NCBI GenBank assembly: GCA_964016885.1
Contig: OZ024748.1
Location: 8,122,001 to 8,186,000 of the forward strand
DNA: 64,000 bases
Reading direction: 5' to 3'
From: Eledone cirrhosa
Taxonomy: Eukaryota
Under the pieces are notes generated by a model. That model was not told the DNA's origin. It did not search any database and was given only the letters and a program-made list of their open reading frames with translations. Each line of letters starts with the position of its first letter. Positions within the stretch are counted from its first letter, which is position 1. This document shows, piece after piece, positions 13,584-26,650 of this stretch. Made by a program: the position numbers and the translations under genes.

Positions 13584-13630
13584 CGATGAACTTGAACTAG
13601 TTTCTAGCTTATTAGCTGTCATCAGCACCG
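13584..13630 (-). ncRNA. Minimal hammerhead ribozyme motif
   Basis: CGGUG-CUGAUGA-CAGCU[AAUA]AGCUA-GAAAC-UA-GUU^CA; palindromic stem III AACUAGUU; a 6-nt duplication disturbs stem I in this copy. Confidence 0.7.
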
Positions 13631-13971
13631 TATACCTTCCTGTCAGTCGATTGAACGTTTGAAAGTATATACTTTCCTTATGCATATTAACGGCTGAGCA
13701 GCCTAATTTGCATATCGAGTGAGTTAGTCGGCCGGGTGTACCGAAAACGATAAATGGAAAAAAATGAAATTTCATTTCTCACTCTTAGTACGACTGATAC
13801 TTAAATATAAGTATGTATACGTACATACATATATGTATACAGACGTACAGTAGTATGTATATATATATACATACATGCATATATATATATATATGTACGT
13901 ATGGGTTTACCGAACATTTATTATAATGCTCGGTTTGTTTGTAAACAAACAGCCCGATATTATTAGCCGTA

Positions 13972-14156
13972 TGTTGGTGGATTGGCAGTATCGGTAGAGG
14001 GTCTGACCTTTGCAGCAAAGAGTTACGGCCCTTTATGGTCTGAGTTCAAATCCCACCGAGGTTAACTTTGCCTTTCATCCTTACGGGGTCGATAAAATAA
14101 AGTACCAATAATACACCACTGGGATAATTGCTGGCCTTGTACCAAAAGTAGAAACA
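13972..14156 (+). mobile_element. SINE family A with 13-bp TSD
   Basis: TSD ATTATTAGCCGTA (13959-13971) / ATTATTAGCTGTA (14157-14169); the empty site is visible in the upstream copy of the host repeat. Confidence 0.92.
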
Positions 14157-15699
14157 ATTATTAGCTGTACAGTGTTAGCAACCATCGTTGCCCTTTTTTT
14201 CAACAACACTGACAAAGGAACGATGAACTAGTTTCTAGCTTATTAGCTGTCATCATATATAAAGTCGTCATATATAAAGTCATCATATATGTCATCCTAT
14301 ATATATATAATATTACATATTATATTACTTTATATTATATCATATTATATATTATACTATTTATGTTCATACACGGACAAAAACTCTACCTGAGGTTTCA
14401 AGGCCCAATATTGACCTATCTCCAGATTGTAAGAGGGATCAAATTTGTGAATTAATTATCAGGCGCTCAGACGAGCTTTGAAGACACCATTAAAAGTACA
14501 ACGTGCTAAAACACTAGTTTAAGAAAAACATATTATAACTCCAAGATGTAAATTTGAAATAGCTAAGTAGCTATACACGTGTTAGTATCCGTGAGCTATA
14601 GCAGATGTATGATATTATGTTGTGGTATGCAATATAGAGATGGTAATATTTATTAAGGTATGAAGTAGAGTATTATAGCAGATGTACTGTATTATGGGGT
14701 GGTATGTAATATAGAGATGGCAATATTTATTAAGGTATGGTAGTATAACAGATGTACTGTATTATGTAGGGAAAGGGTGAAAAAAGAAAAGATATTAAGA
14801 AAGTTTATAAATCAATATTAAGGTGGTTGAAAATCAGTTGAATTTGTTAAGTATTTCCACTTAGCAAGACTTTTTAGATGGAGGCAATATGTTTGTGGTA
14901 TTCAATTGTCCTCTCTAGGTCAACTAAATAGAGAAATAAGCGTAAAAGATTACTACAATCTAGAATGGAAACTGAATTCTTGAATTTACTCACTGGAATG
15001 TCAATATCTCAACTGCGTCATTTATTGCTATGTTTATGTATGTTGGTTCCTTAGGCAACATGTCTCTATAATTATGAGAAAATAGCTGTCGTGTTCATGT
15101 CTTTGTTAAGGGCATTAGTGCCGCAAATATGTAAAGTGAGTTGGCTTTACATTTCAATAAAAAATGGTTGCACAGTCCACCAGGAACTTACAGTTGTGCT
15201 CTCTGGCGCTGACAAATGTTAGTTTAGATAAATTACATTATTAAATGGAAACCATTTCTTTCTATTCATTATTAATTTATAGTTATTCGTCCTGAAACTA
15301 TAATTGATACATTAACCAACTTGTCAGCTTTCAGCTTGGAGTCATGTATCACATAATGGATGAATAATTTCAAGAATATTACCAATCCGAAAAACGGCTT
15401 TATTGATGCATTAAAATATTCAAACATTCTATAAGATTTTGGAATCACTAAAAATTAGGAGAGTTGTAATAGAAATAGAGAATTATATATGAGAGGATTG
15501 ATAGAGAGAAATATTGAACTGTGAAATAAGTATATAATACAAGGTTGTAGATATTGAACAACCGAAGGGAAAGAAATATTGTAAAAGTTGTTTAGAATGT
15601 ACGATATATTATCAGTCAGCAGCAAAATATATGAAAAATATTTTTGGTTCACCAAACATTTGTGAGCCTACACTTAACTATATGTTTTAGTTTTCTTAT

Positions 15700-16830
15700 G
15701 CAGATAACATCAGTAGGAAATTTTTCAGTGTCATAATTATTAACAATATACTGAGTTATCACTTTCCTGAAACTAATCACCCTCTGCAAGTCTTCGTTTA
15801 TTTCTTAATTAATTTATTGTTCAGTGTTCTTTTCCGTGTTTTCCTTGAAAAATATTTGCAGACACCACAACCTCACCACATGTTTGAGTAATCATGCCAA
15901 CCCTTACCTATGGTCTTGAATATTGGGTAATGATGGTTTTGTCATGCCCAGAGAATTTTCTGGCGTGTGTTTATGACACCTCTTTTCTGATGGCATTCAA
16001 TAATGTTAGTGTTTAAAGAATCCCAAATGTATCAATTCCTTGGCTAAGAATGGCAGAGACAACATGATTAATTGTTTATCCCAAATCTTCACATATTCTA
16101 TATTTAATGCGTTCTGCTTCTATCCATTATTTTGGTAATTCTTTATAGGGTTGGTGCAATGAATAATGTATCAGTCACCACTAGGAGAAGTTCTACGCTT
16201 TTTCAAACAGCACCGGCACCCTATTTTTCTTTCTCTATTTCCAACCATTCTCAGTTTTCTTCCCATATTGGACACGTAACGAATTTTCTTTCCATCATTA
16301 ACATAGTTTCCTGCTTTTACCATTTTCTCAATTTCTGTTCGTGTTTTTTCCTGTCAATTTGGTATCTGATTTATATTTGTTAGCTTCCCTTGAAAATGTC
16401 ACAAAATAATGTGTTTGTTTCGTTCATGTTTCCCAGCTATTTCGATTAGTTTTCCATTAATCTCTAACTTTTTCGGTAATCCTACATTAGATCTGGATCT
16501 CTTAAAAAAGTTTTCAAGTTACATGAGATTCGTAATTCCCTGCATTTATCATAGTAAATAGTTTTCTAGCTACATGGTGGGGTTTTGCCAGTAAGTCTTC
16601 GTAGTAAATATAATTGAGTTAAGTTCTGGGTAGTGTTTCTAAATGCTACCATTTACTGTCTGTTTTATTGCTAATTCTGTTAGAGTCCAGTTGGGAATAT
16701 TATAACTAGAATTTATTACTGGCAGGGCTAGAATATTGGTAGTTATTACATTTTTGTGTTTGTATTTAGCTCTGTTTTTAGCAATATACTAATGCATTTA
16801 TACTATTCCTACCTAATCTTGAGTAAGTTA
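15700..16830 (-). pseudogene. Heavily degenerate R4/Dong-like non-LTR retrotransposon fragment
   Basis: Minus-strand remnants KIR*E*YKCISILLKTELN..TNILALPVINSSYNIPNWTLTELA (post-RT region) and RICEDLG*TINHVVS..FLAKE (CCHC knuckle remnant); many stops and frameshifts; boundaries approximate. Confidence 0.55.
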
Positions 16831-16867
16831 GATTTCTTTATTATTATCATTATTGGTATTTAGTTAA

Positions 16868-17465
16868 GGGCGGTGAATTGGCAGTATCGGTAGAGGGTCG
16901 GACGCCATGCTTTGACGTATAGAGTTACGGCCCTTGCCATTTTGAGTTCAAATCCCGATTTGAACTCGTGAGTGAATAATAATAGTGAATTGACAGTATC
17001 AGTAGAGGGTTGGACGCCATGCTTTCTAGCATAGTTACGTCCCTTTACGGTTTGAATTCAAATCCCGTCGAGGTTAACTTTGCCTTTCATCCTTACGGGG
17101 TCGATAAAATAACGTACCAGTAATGTACTAGGTAATTGCTGGCCTTGTGCCAAAAGTAGAAACAATTATAATATTATAAATATTCGACTCGTTTGCAAGC
17201 AAACAGCTTCATAACACTCTATGTTCTAAACAATTAAAGTCATCATGGCGTTATGAGGCTGTTTGCTTGAGAATCGAATATTAATAATTGTTTCTACTTT
17301 TGGCACAAGGCCAGCAATTATATCACTGCATTACTGGTACTTTATTTTATCGACCCCGTAAGGATGAAAGGCAAAGTTGACCCCGGCGGGATTTGAACTC
17401 AGACCTAAAGGGCCGTAACTCTATGCTGCAAAGCATGGCGTTCGGCCCTCTACTGATACTGCCAA
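16868..17465. mobile_element. SINE A cluster: head fragment (+, 16868-16960), full copy (+, about 16985-17165), full copy (-, about 17289-17465)
   Basis: Matches the SINE A consensus; the tail-to-tail pair flanks palindromic spacer 17179-17282. Confidence 0.9.
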
Positions 17466-18246
17466 TATTATCATAATATTATTACTATTATTTTTTTTAA
17501 AGTGTAGATGTAAAATTATTAAAATGTCAAACAAGATCCTTTGTAGCATTTGTATATGTCACTTTATTTTCTGAGATCAAATCTTATCAGTATTCACTTT
17601 ATTTCTCTTCCTCATGGGATTGATAAAATCAATACCAGTCAAGCAGTTGTGCTTTGATACTAATTGGATTGATTTTGATCTCCAATAAAACACCATTAAT
17701 AAACTTGATCTGCCCTATATTACACAGATAAACCAGTTTGATGCAGTTCTGCTTCATTACGATTGTTTTTCACATAATATTGTGATAATCCTGAAAACAT
17801 CTGTTGATAAATCATTATTCAAATACGAATTAAATAGAAGCATATTCAGTTGGTGTTTATTTAAGTATTAATTGAATACTACAATAAGAGTTTGAGATTA
17901 CTTGATAGAATATGGGTTACGTTAGATGTTATTTACTCAGCTATTGTAAGTTAGGCTGATTATCGTCCGTTCAAATAAAGAAGATAGCTATTAATCTCAC
18001 TTTAACGACAAAGAATGAAAGAAAAAGAGGGGAAAAATGTGATTAAAATCGATAAAAGGATTGGAGAAAAATATGAACAGAATTTCACAATTGAAAGATC
18101 CTTCAATAAAAGCTGGAGCAGGTTTATAAGCTTCCTAATCCAAATATGTTATTAGTAAATAAACAAGCTACACCTTTTAATTTAAAAAAATATAATTTGT
18201 TGTTTGTCAACTTATATCTTTATTCTTTGTAGGTACATTAAAGCTA

Positions 18247-18725
18247 CTAGCAGAAAAACCACCCTTCGGGTGGTTTTCTGCTAGCATGTGTAGTGTGTAT
18301 ATTGATATTATACGCAAGTATATATACATGTAGATATGATACGTCAAATAAAATCGTAATTGACAATATACACAGAAATTGAAGAGAGTCTGCGTTACAC
18401 TGTCTTATTTGATCAGTAACGTGATCCATGATACATTAAAAAAAACGATATTATATATAAACTGCATTAGGAGAAAATTAGTGGCAAAAAATAATATGTT
18501 TATTTAAGCGATCGCCACCGGAAGTGTTGACATTTGAAAATTTTAAAGAAGTGAATTTTTAAATAAATAATAAAATATATTTAATAAGCAGCCACGAAAT
18601 TTAGTAGATAAATTATGTAATATTCATTCATAATTTATTCAAAGTAATCCAACTTATTTTACTAATGCGATAAAAAATTATAAGCCGTACGCAGTCCCGC
18701 GCTTCTTACTTTATTATAGTTTAGA
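18247..18725 (-). mobile_element. Non-autonomous Helitron (479 bp)
   Basis: Minus strand starts A|TCTAAACTATAATAAAG and ends with hairpin AAAACCACCCGAAGGGTGGTTTT then TCTGCTAG|T; 5' TC, 3' CTAG, A/T target and no TSD are the canonical Helitron termini. Confidence 0.8.
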
Positions 18726-18837
18726 TTTGAGTGACAATCAGTCCATCCTATGACATAGAACATTCATATTCCTCGGAGATAGTTCTCTCTTGTAGAATAC
18801 TTTTGGTACGTTCGTGAGTTTTATATCGAATAATAAT

Positions 18838-19186
18838 TGTTTCTACTTTTGGCACAAGGCCAGCAATTAACCAGTACATTACTGGTATTTATTTTATCAA
18901 CCCCGTAAGGATGAAAGGCAAAGTTAACCTTGACGGGATTTGAACTCAGAATGTAAGTAAAGGGACGTAACTCTTTGCTGGACAACATGGCGTCCGACCC
19001 TCTACCGATACTGCCAATTCACCGCACAAATATAATAATAGGGCGGTGAATAGTATCGGTAGAGGGTCAGACGCCATGCTTTGACGCATAGAGTTACGGC
19101 CCTTGCTTTCATCCTTACGGGGTCGATAAAATAAAGTACCAGTAATGTACTGGGTAATTGCTGGCCTTGTGCCAATAGTAGAAACA
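18838..19186. mobile_element. Two SINE A copies head-to-head (-, about 18838-19025; +, about 19041-19186)
   Basis: Match to SINE A consensus; the + copy has an internal deletion. Confidence 0.9.
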
Positions 19187-20029
19187 ATTATATTATATAA
19201 TATATTAAATATTATATCGAATAATAATAGTATTGGAAAGGCTGTTTGGTTGCAAATGAATCGAATATTAATATTATTCGATATAAATCTTACGGATGCA
19301 TTTATATATCCGCTATGTTAGAGGGCAGAATCGAAATTCTAATTCTTGGTGTACTTTTATTTTTAAGATGTCACCAATTTATCTGTTTCTGGGTAACACG
19401 AGGTTATACTAAATCTTGGAGAAGACTTGTAATAATTGTAAGTATATTTCTTCCTCCTGAGAAGCCACCAAAATACTGCGGTCGAATTAATTCAGTATGC
19501 TTCTCCTCCGAATTCTATAACAGACATATAGTAATACCATTATTACAAACCATTACTAACATATGTGGAGGTAGGAACGGTGAAGCAACAGGCAGTGTTT
19601 ACATTTCTATGGCTTTGTTTGGATTTCTAGCAGTCATGTTCTTGATTAAACATTTTCTTACGGAAGTCAAGCTTGTACACGAAATGAGCTGACCTTGACA
19701 ACCGACTATTCTAGGTACAGAGTTTTGTAAAAAATAAAAAAAGACAATTTGCTCATTCGCTTATCCACAAACTAACCACTAATCAGTCATGTTAGTGGAA
19801 CAAATTATTTACCATTATGGCATGCTTACTACTCATTGAATTATCGACCATAATACTAGAGTTGGATTCAAATCATCCATTTAACTCGTCTTTCCTTGCA
19901 TAAATCAAGCAATTTTCAATGAACATTGATAGTATCAACGAACACACAATTTAAGTTACAAATACTTTTGTAGATTTTATAGCTATTATGGATCCATGCC
20001 ATTATACAATTATTATTGGTCTAAACCAT

Positions 20030-20207
20030 GGATTGGCAGTATCGGTAGAGGGTCGGACGCCATGCTTTCCAGCATAGTTACGTCCCTTTACGATCTGAGT
20101 TCAAATCCCGTCGAGGTTGACTTTGCCTTTCATCCTTACGGGGTCGATAAAATAAAGTACCAGTAATGAACTGGGTAATTGCTGGCCTTTTGCCTAAAGT
20201 AGAAACA
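20030..20207 (+). mobile_element. SINE family A with 18-bp TSD
   Basis: TSD ATTATTGGTCTAAACCAT at 20012-20029 and 20208-20225. Confidence 0.93.
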
Positions 20208-20354
20208 ATTATTGGTCTAAACCATTTTATAGCTGTATGTATATTTAGTAACACCGTCGAATGCTGCCTCTCTTTCCCCCTTTTTTTTATAAATATTTTT
20301 ATAGGAACTATTCTCATGAGATTTCCTACTTGTTGCGTCGTATTCATGACTTAA

Positions 20355-20540
20355 AACGGAGCAGCGAATTAGCAGCTAAGTCTCATCCATTTACAGTTGA
20401 ATTTCCTAAATGCAATCACAAATTCGGTTCTGATAGTTTTTTTCCCTCACTCTTCTTGTGTATGGAATTCTCTTCCGGCTTCTTGTTTTCCTGATCTCTA
20501 CAATTTGCAAAAATTCAAAAGTATCACCAATCATCATCTT
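20355..20540 (+). mobile_element. CR1/Jockey-like LINE 3' fragment
   Basis: LAAKSHPFTVEFPKCNHKFGSDSFFP then, after frameshifts, WNSLP..FPDLYNLQKFKS; typical LINE ORF2 C-terminus. Confidence 0.7.
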
Positions 20541-23159
20541 CTTTCTCTTTGAATTATGTTCTCTCTGTCTTGTTCTCGGAAACTCCTGGCATTTTAAATG
20601 GTTTTATTGCCTTGTTAAAGTGAGCAAACACATTGCAATAATAGAGCTTCCACTTCTTTCAGTTAATCTCAACGTGTGACAGGCACCAACCTAAACGAAT
20701 ACACAAAAGAGGGAAGATTTCTTTTTTTTATTGTGCCTCTTAAAATATCTATCCTTCCTTTCCAACAACGAACATACATCCAGTATAACACGTGTTTCTA
20801 CACGTAAATTACTTAATTAACGTTGATACATGGGCATTTCTGAAAACGATTTATATATCCTACACGTGCGTACTTGCTATTGTTAAGTCCCTGTGTAATT
20901 ATTACTTTGAATTTGTTATATAGATTATAAAGATCTGTTGTATAACACAATGTAATATTTCTGCCATTTAAACAGGATAGTTCTATATTCTCAAAAGTTG
21001 AACATTCTTTACGGCGCTCGAAAATGATATTTATATATATTTATTCCGTTGAAGAAAATATATATATATATATATTTTCCGGCTTAACGTTTAATAAAAT
21101 CAAAAATTAGTATAAAATATTGCCATCAAATAAATACTCGCTTAAGTTTTTTTGTTTTTTTTTTCCAATGATTAAGATTATTTTGCTGACGCTAAAACCT
21201 ACGACAAACAGAAACAGACATAAAAAAATATATAAGTATTATTTAGCTTTTGTATTTTTCTCAATAAATAGGAAAACTTCGAAAATAAATATTTAGCTAC
21301 AACTATTTTAATATGTTTTATTTATGTCTGTCATATTTTGGATCATAGTTAGATATTGTAATAAAAAGTTGCATAGAAAGATTTCTGTTTGGGAGTAATT
21401 GTGCTAAATCTATTGCTGACACAAATCTATAGCTGCTACAAATCTATGGCTGCCCCTAAATAAGGAAACCTACAGAACAAAATAAACACTAAATAACCAC
21501 AATCAATTTTTCAGGCTACAGAGAAATATGTGCACAATGCAACGAATACAGCCGACATTATAGTTACATAATAAATATATAAATCTCATGTGCATACTAA
21601 CTGTAGGACAGACAAACACAATATAAAATACAAACGATGTACCACAAACTACTTCATACGAAACCATAAACTAACTCAAAAAACATGCTACTATTACATC
21701 ATTACCAACAGCAAACCACAAACATGTAAACCTAAGAACAAGTTACCAATATGATTTGTAATATCAATTGTAAACGTGAAAGTTATAAACTTGATGACTT
21801 CATCTGTTACGTTGGGTGTACATTCCCACACAGGCTTAAAATACACCACAAAATAAAACTAGAGAAATTTTAATGAACATTATATCGTGTGTTATATAGA
21901 TATTTGATAACTACATAATAAATAGATACAGACAGGCAGACAGGCAGACAGGCAGACATGTGCAAGTTGTAAAATAATATATTGTATACATTTCACTGAT
22001 TAGGTATAAACAAAATGGTGAATTTTGTGTGGGAAAGTGTACAGAAACCGTATATATATATATACAGTATATATAATATATATATATGTGTGTGTGCGTG
22101 TGTGTGTATGTGTGTGTTTGTTCTTTTAATGCCTTTTGTAACATCGATCCGAGAATTTATTTCAGTTTATACTTACCTCATCGATCCCCATATCTATAAC
22201 TACTATATTACGAGACGTCAATACAATGAGATACACACATACATCTCTGTATGTGTATTTCTTCTATTTTTTCCACACCAAATATATTTTCTATAACGGT
22301 TTTACAACGCTTACGGTGTAATCCTGTTTTCATTTCATTTATTCCGTTATCATTCTACTCCTATACACATTTTCTCCAATATTTGAATCTCATCCAGTAT
22401 TCTGAAGGGCCGTAGGCGAAACAAGATGACCGTCTTTTCTGCATCAGTTTATGCCTAATATATATCTTCATACTCCATTGTTTCAGTATTCAATATTCTC
22501 AAAATGTCAGTAACAACATCTGTTTTTACCAGCAGATAAAATGTGTTATATGTGCGTTTGTGTGTGTATGTGTGTGCATGTATATATATATATGTGTGTG
22601 AAAGAGAGAGTATTTGTATATAGGTGTATTGTTAAAGAAAGGACTGTATTAGAATGTTAATATGTTTATTAGATTTTTCTACTTTGCAGTTTTTGGGAAC
22701 GATAAAATTCTTAAATCCATAATTTAATCAATGTTTCTAGACCTTTACAATCTCATCATCCGAGCATTGTTACTGCTGGCTTATTGTACTGCCTCTTTGA
22801 TTATAGGTACACCTTCTTTATGAAATGTTATGCAGATCTTTCTTTCATTATCAGAATTGTGTATGGCTTTTTTTGACAGACTTTGAATCCAAAAAAGAGA
22901 TAACGTAGTGGTGCTAATATATGGGATAAATTAATAGGATAGAAATCTTGGTTGTCTGCAAACTAACGAAGCGTAAGATAGCTTCAGCAGTTTTATAGCC
23001 ACATGTTTCAGGGGGTCTGAATATTTGAGAGACCAGTTCCACTACTTCATGTCTGTGTGAAGTTTAACTGTGACCATGTAGTACAAGTACATTATTAAGT
23101 CTGCAATATGTTCATCGTGGTCTAGACAGTTGCAGGGGTCAAAATCAGATAGCATCCCA

Positions 23160-23675
23160 ACCATAGATGCTACCTGGAGGTAGAATGTCTAGCACAGATG
23201 CTAGCTGAAGGATGCATGTCTACCACAGATGCTAGCTGGGGGTAGCATGTCTACCACAGATGCTAGCTGGAGGTAGAATGTCTACCACAGAGGTTAACTG
23301 GAGGTACGATGTCTGCCATAGAGGCTAGCTGGAGGTAGAATGTCTACCACATAAGCTAGCTGGAGGTAACATGTCTACCACAGAGACTAACTGGAGGTAG
23401 CATGTCTACCACAGAGGCTAGCTGGAGGTAGCATGTCTACCACAGAGGCTAGCTGGAGGTAGCATGTCTATCACAGAAGCTAGCTGGAGGTAGCATGTCT
23501 ACCACAGAAGCTAGCTGGAGGTAACATATCTACCACAGAGGCTAGCTGGAGGTAGCATGTCTACCACAGAAGCTATCCTAGAGGTAGCTTGTCTACCACA
23601 GAGACTAGCTAGAGGTAGCATGTCTACCGCAGAAGCTAGCTGGAGGTAGCATGTCTACCACAGAGGCTAGCTAGC
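23160..23675. repeat. 31-bp minisatellite (GCTAGCTGGAGGTAGCATGTCTACCACAGAG), about 16 copies
   Basis: Period 31 (e.g. catgtc at 23401 and 23432); no unique spacers. Confidence 0.93.
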
Positions 23676-24051
23676 TTAAGGTCAAGATAAAAAGAGGAAC
23701 GAACCGACTATCTCACAAATCTCATCTTAATCATACACATCTAGAACAAGCTATGAACATGCAGTTTTAGGAATTTGTGTGTAATGTGTTTAAATGCATG
23801 CAAGAGTGTATAAAATATTTCAAACATAATTCAATGATATTGAAGAAATAATAACATAGTGCAGCGGAAAATATCAAGATGTCTAAACAGCAAAAAAATG
23901 TACTTAAAAAATTAAAAGATAAAAAAACATGATTAATACTGTTAGTCCATAGTCAATATTCTTATTTGAGAAAGAAAAATAACCTCAAATGTTGCAGTTT
24001 ATAGTCAATACTTGGTTTAGAGTTGGTTTTGAGTTTTCTTGTGAGTGAGAT

Positions 24052-24131
<80 letters not shown>

Positions 24132-25102
24132 TCATTCTGTGTGTGTTTATCTGTGTGTATCAGTGTGGTGTCTGTGTGTCTGTATGTGTGTGGGGGGTAT
24201 GATTGTGTGTGTTTATATATATATAAAGTCATGAGTTCAACCTCAGGAGCGGGTGATGCATTGTGGCTTTGAATAATGTTTATAATTTTAGAGTCTAAAT
24301 AGTAATATCTTAGTGTTAGTTTATGGCTTAATTTAAAGCATATTCTGTTGTTTCATGAGTTATTTTTAATATGTAGTGATTGGTGTGTTGTATGTGTGTC
24401 TATATTGTTCCATTGCTAGATCTATTAGTGAGTTAGAACATCACATATTGTTTAATGTTAAATATATTGTATGCTATCAGTATTGAAATCTAGAGGAAGT
24501 AAACTATAGAAATGGTTTTCTGAACTATAATATATTTTAATGTAATTTCTAGGGAAATCTGTTTATTTGAAAAAGCAAAGATTTGATTATCATTCTTTCT
24601 ATAGTTTCAAGTTCTTCTTATTTTGTATTTATCTGAAAGAAAATAAATGCAATCTCAGAAAGCCTTCTGTCATGAATGTCTCTTGAGCTATCCATGAATA
24701 ATACAGAATAAAATGTTTAAGGAAAGAGAAATGCCTACAGGCAAACAAACGCTCGAGTTATTTTAAATATTCTTTGTTTATCATTTATTTTATTCCCTAC
24801 TTTCATTGAAATGAGAAAAACCGATAATTTCTATTTTGGTTTTATTGACAATATTTTGAGAAAGTAGACCGTTTGTTTAAAGAGCAGGGAACTAAGATTC
24901 ATCAATCGTTGATTGTAAGATGCGATTAAAAGGAGATTCTCTGAAAAAACTAATGTTTTATTTTATTTTATTTGTTTATCATTTGATTGACATATTCCTT
25001 CTTTTAATGATTGCCTTGTTGATTTTGACCTGCAAGAATACTCTAGTTATTTGATCGTAGTCATGCTATTCCGTGACTAACCATTGAATTAGGCTACGAG
25101 TT

Positions 25103-25159
<57 letters not shown>

Positions 25160-25183
25160 AATAATAATAATAATAATAATAAC

Positions 25184-25555
25184 TGTTTCTACTTTAGGCA
25201 CAAGGCCAGCAATTTGAAGGGGAGAGGAAAGATAATTAAATCGACCCAAGTAAATTACTGGTACTTTATTTATCGAACCCGTAAGGATGATAGGCAAAGT
25301 TAACCTCGGCGAGATTTGAACTCTATACCACAAAGCATGTTGTCCGACGCTCTACCGATACTGCCAATCAACCACCAAGTAATGATAATAATAATAATTG
25401 TTTCTACTTTTTGGCACAAGACCAGCAATTATCCCAGTGTATTACTGGTACTTTATTTTATCGACCCCGTAAGGATGAAAGGCAAAGTTAACCTCGGCGG
25501 GATTTGAACTCAGAATGGCAAGGGCCGTAACTCTATACGTCAAAGCATGACGTCT
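25184..25555 (-). mobile_element. Two SINE A copies in tandem, the first with an (AAT)n/(AAC)n tail
   Basis: Match to SINE A consensus at about 25184-25372 and 25398-25555. Confidence 0.88.
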
Positions 25556-26394
25556 AATATTTGATGAGAGATTATATAACACTCTCATTTCAACTAAATA
25601 TATTAAAACTGAAGAAGATACTGTAATTGTATTGCAATTATTGCAGGAATCAAAAGTCTAAAAGATTCCGCTCACTGAAAATATCAGATGTAAAGTTTAT
25701 AGTTCATGACTTTTATTTCCGCCGATATACGTAAATGCAATTGTCCTTCTTCCATAGACACAAACTTTTGAATTATATAAAAAAGAAAAAAAACAAGATT
25801 ACTCAAGGGATAAACACCATTATTGTTCTGATGTGAAACCATTAAGGAAATTGAAGTTCCTTTCACTAACTCAATAACCTTCTTCTAAACTAATGCAATG
25901 TATACCAGATGAGAAAAGTAATTGTATATAATGTGAAGAGTTGCTTATTGATTTTGGGAAGATGATCTCTTCAAATTCCCCAGTTAACCATCGTTCAGAC
26001 TAAAGTTGAGAATATATATATATATAGTGATATTTCAAATACAAGCGATACTTCATTTCAGTAAATCTCAATCAGTCCCATTTTCGAAAGGATGGAAGGC
26101 GGTGAGTGATGATTAAATAGCAGAATTATCACACAGCCATTTTATTCATTCTCAATCTTTAATCATCGTATCTATGCTATAAATCCTGACCTTTCTTCCA
26201 TATTCTCAATATTTCTATTTTATGAATATTAATGGTCTTAATAATAGAAATGATTGCCCTTGTTTTTCCATGCGATATATCACGTGTTACAGCGCTATGG
26301 CGTCTGTTACATTGTTATGTCACGTGTCACATCGCCACATCACGTGTTACATCACAACATCCCGTGTCACATCGCAACATCACATATCACATCG

Positions 26395-26650
26395 CTATGT
26401 CCTTGAACGAGACACTCTACTTCCTCTTTGCTCCAGTTCGCTCAGCTGGTGGCAAATATGAGTTGTACCAGCAATTTATAGGGTGTAACCTTGTCACACA
26501 ATGTATTATGCTGAATCTTCCTGACAACCACGCTAAATATGCGTGTGTCTGTAGAATGCTCAGCCATTTGAAAATTCATTTCATGAGCAGGCTGTTCCGT
26601 TGATCAGAATCAATTGGAACACTCGTCGTTGGAACCGACAGAGATGCAAC
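26395..26650 (+). mobile_element. SINE family B body and 3' part
   Basis: gtccttgaacgagacact CORE-like motif, followed by a body shared with 4165-4412 and 52205-52385. Confidence 0.7.

Larger units (their letters stand above)
13378..14255 (-). mobile_element. Non-autonomous HHR-bearing tandem mini-element (unit about 430-440 bp), interrupted by a SINE
   Basis: Direct repeat starting at 13378 and about 13808; HHR motifs at 13584-13630 and 14221-14255 (truncated); further copy at 57386-57760; TA-rich flanks. Confidence 0.75.

Noticed and set aside
18247-18284. Rho-independent terminator-like hairpin
   Set aside because: Eukaryotic DNA; better explained as the Helitron 3' hairpin
19246-19692. 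148-aa ORF
   Set aside because: Starts inside a repeat, has no ATG start and shows no recognisable motif
23160-23675. 31-bp repeat with an internal palindrome resembling a CRISPR array
   Set aside because: Units are directly adjacent with no unique spacers, there are no cas genes, and the context is eukaryotic
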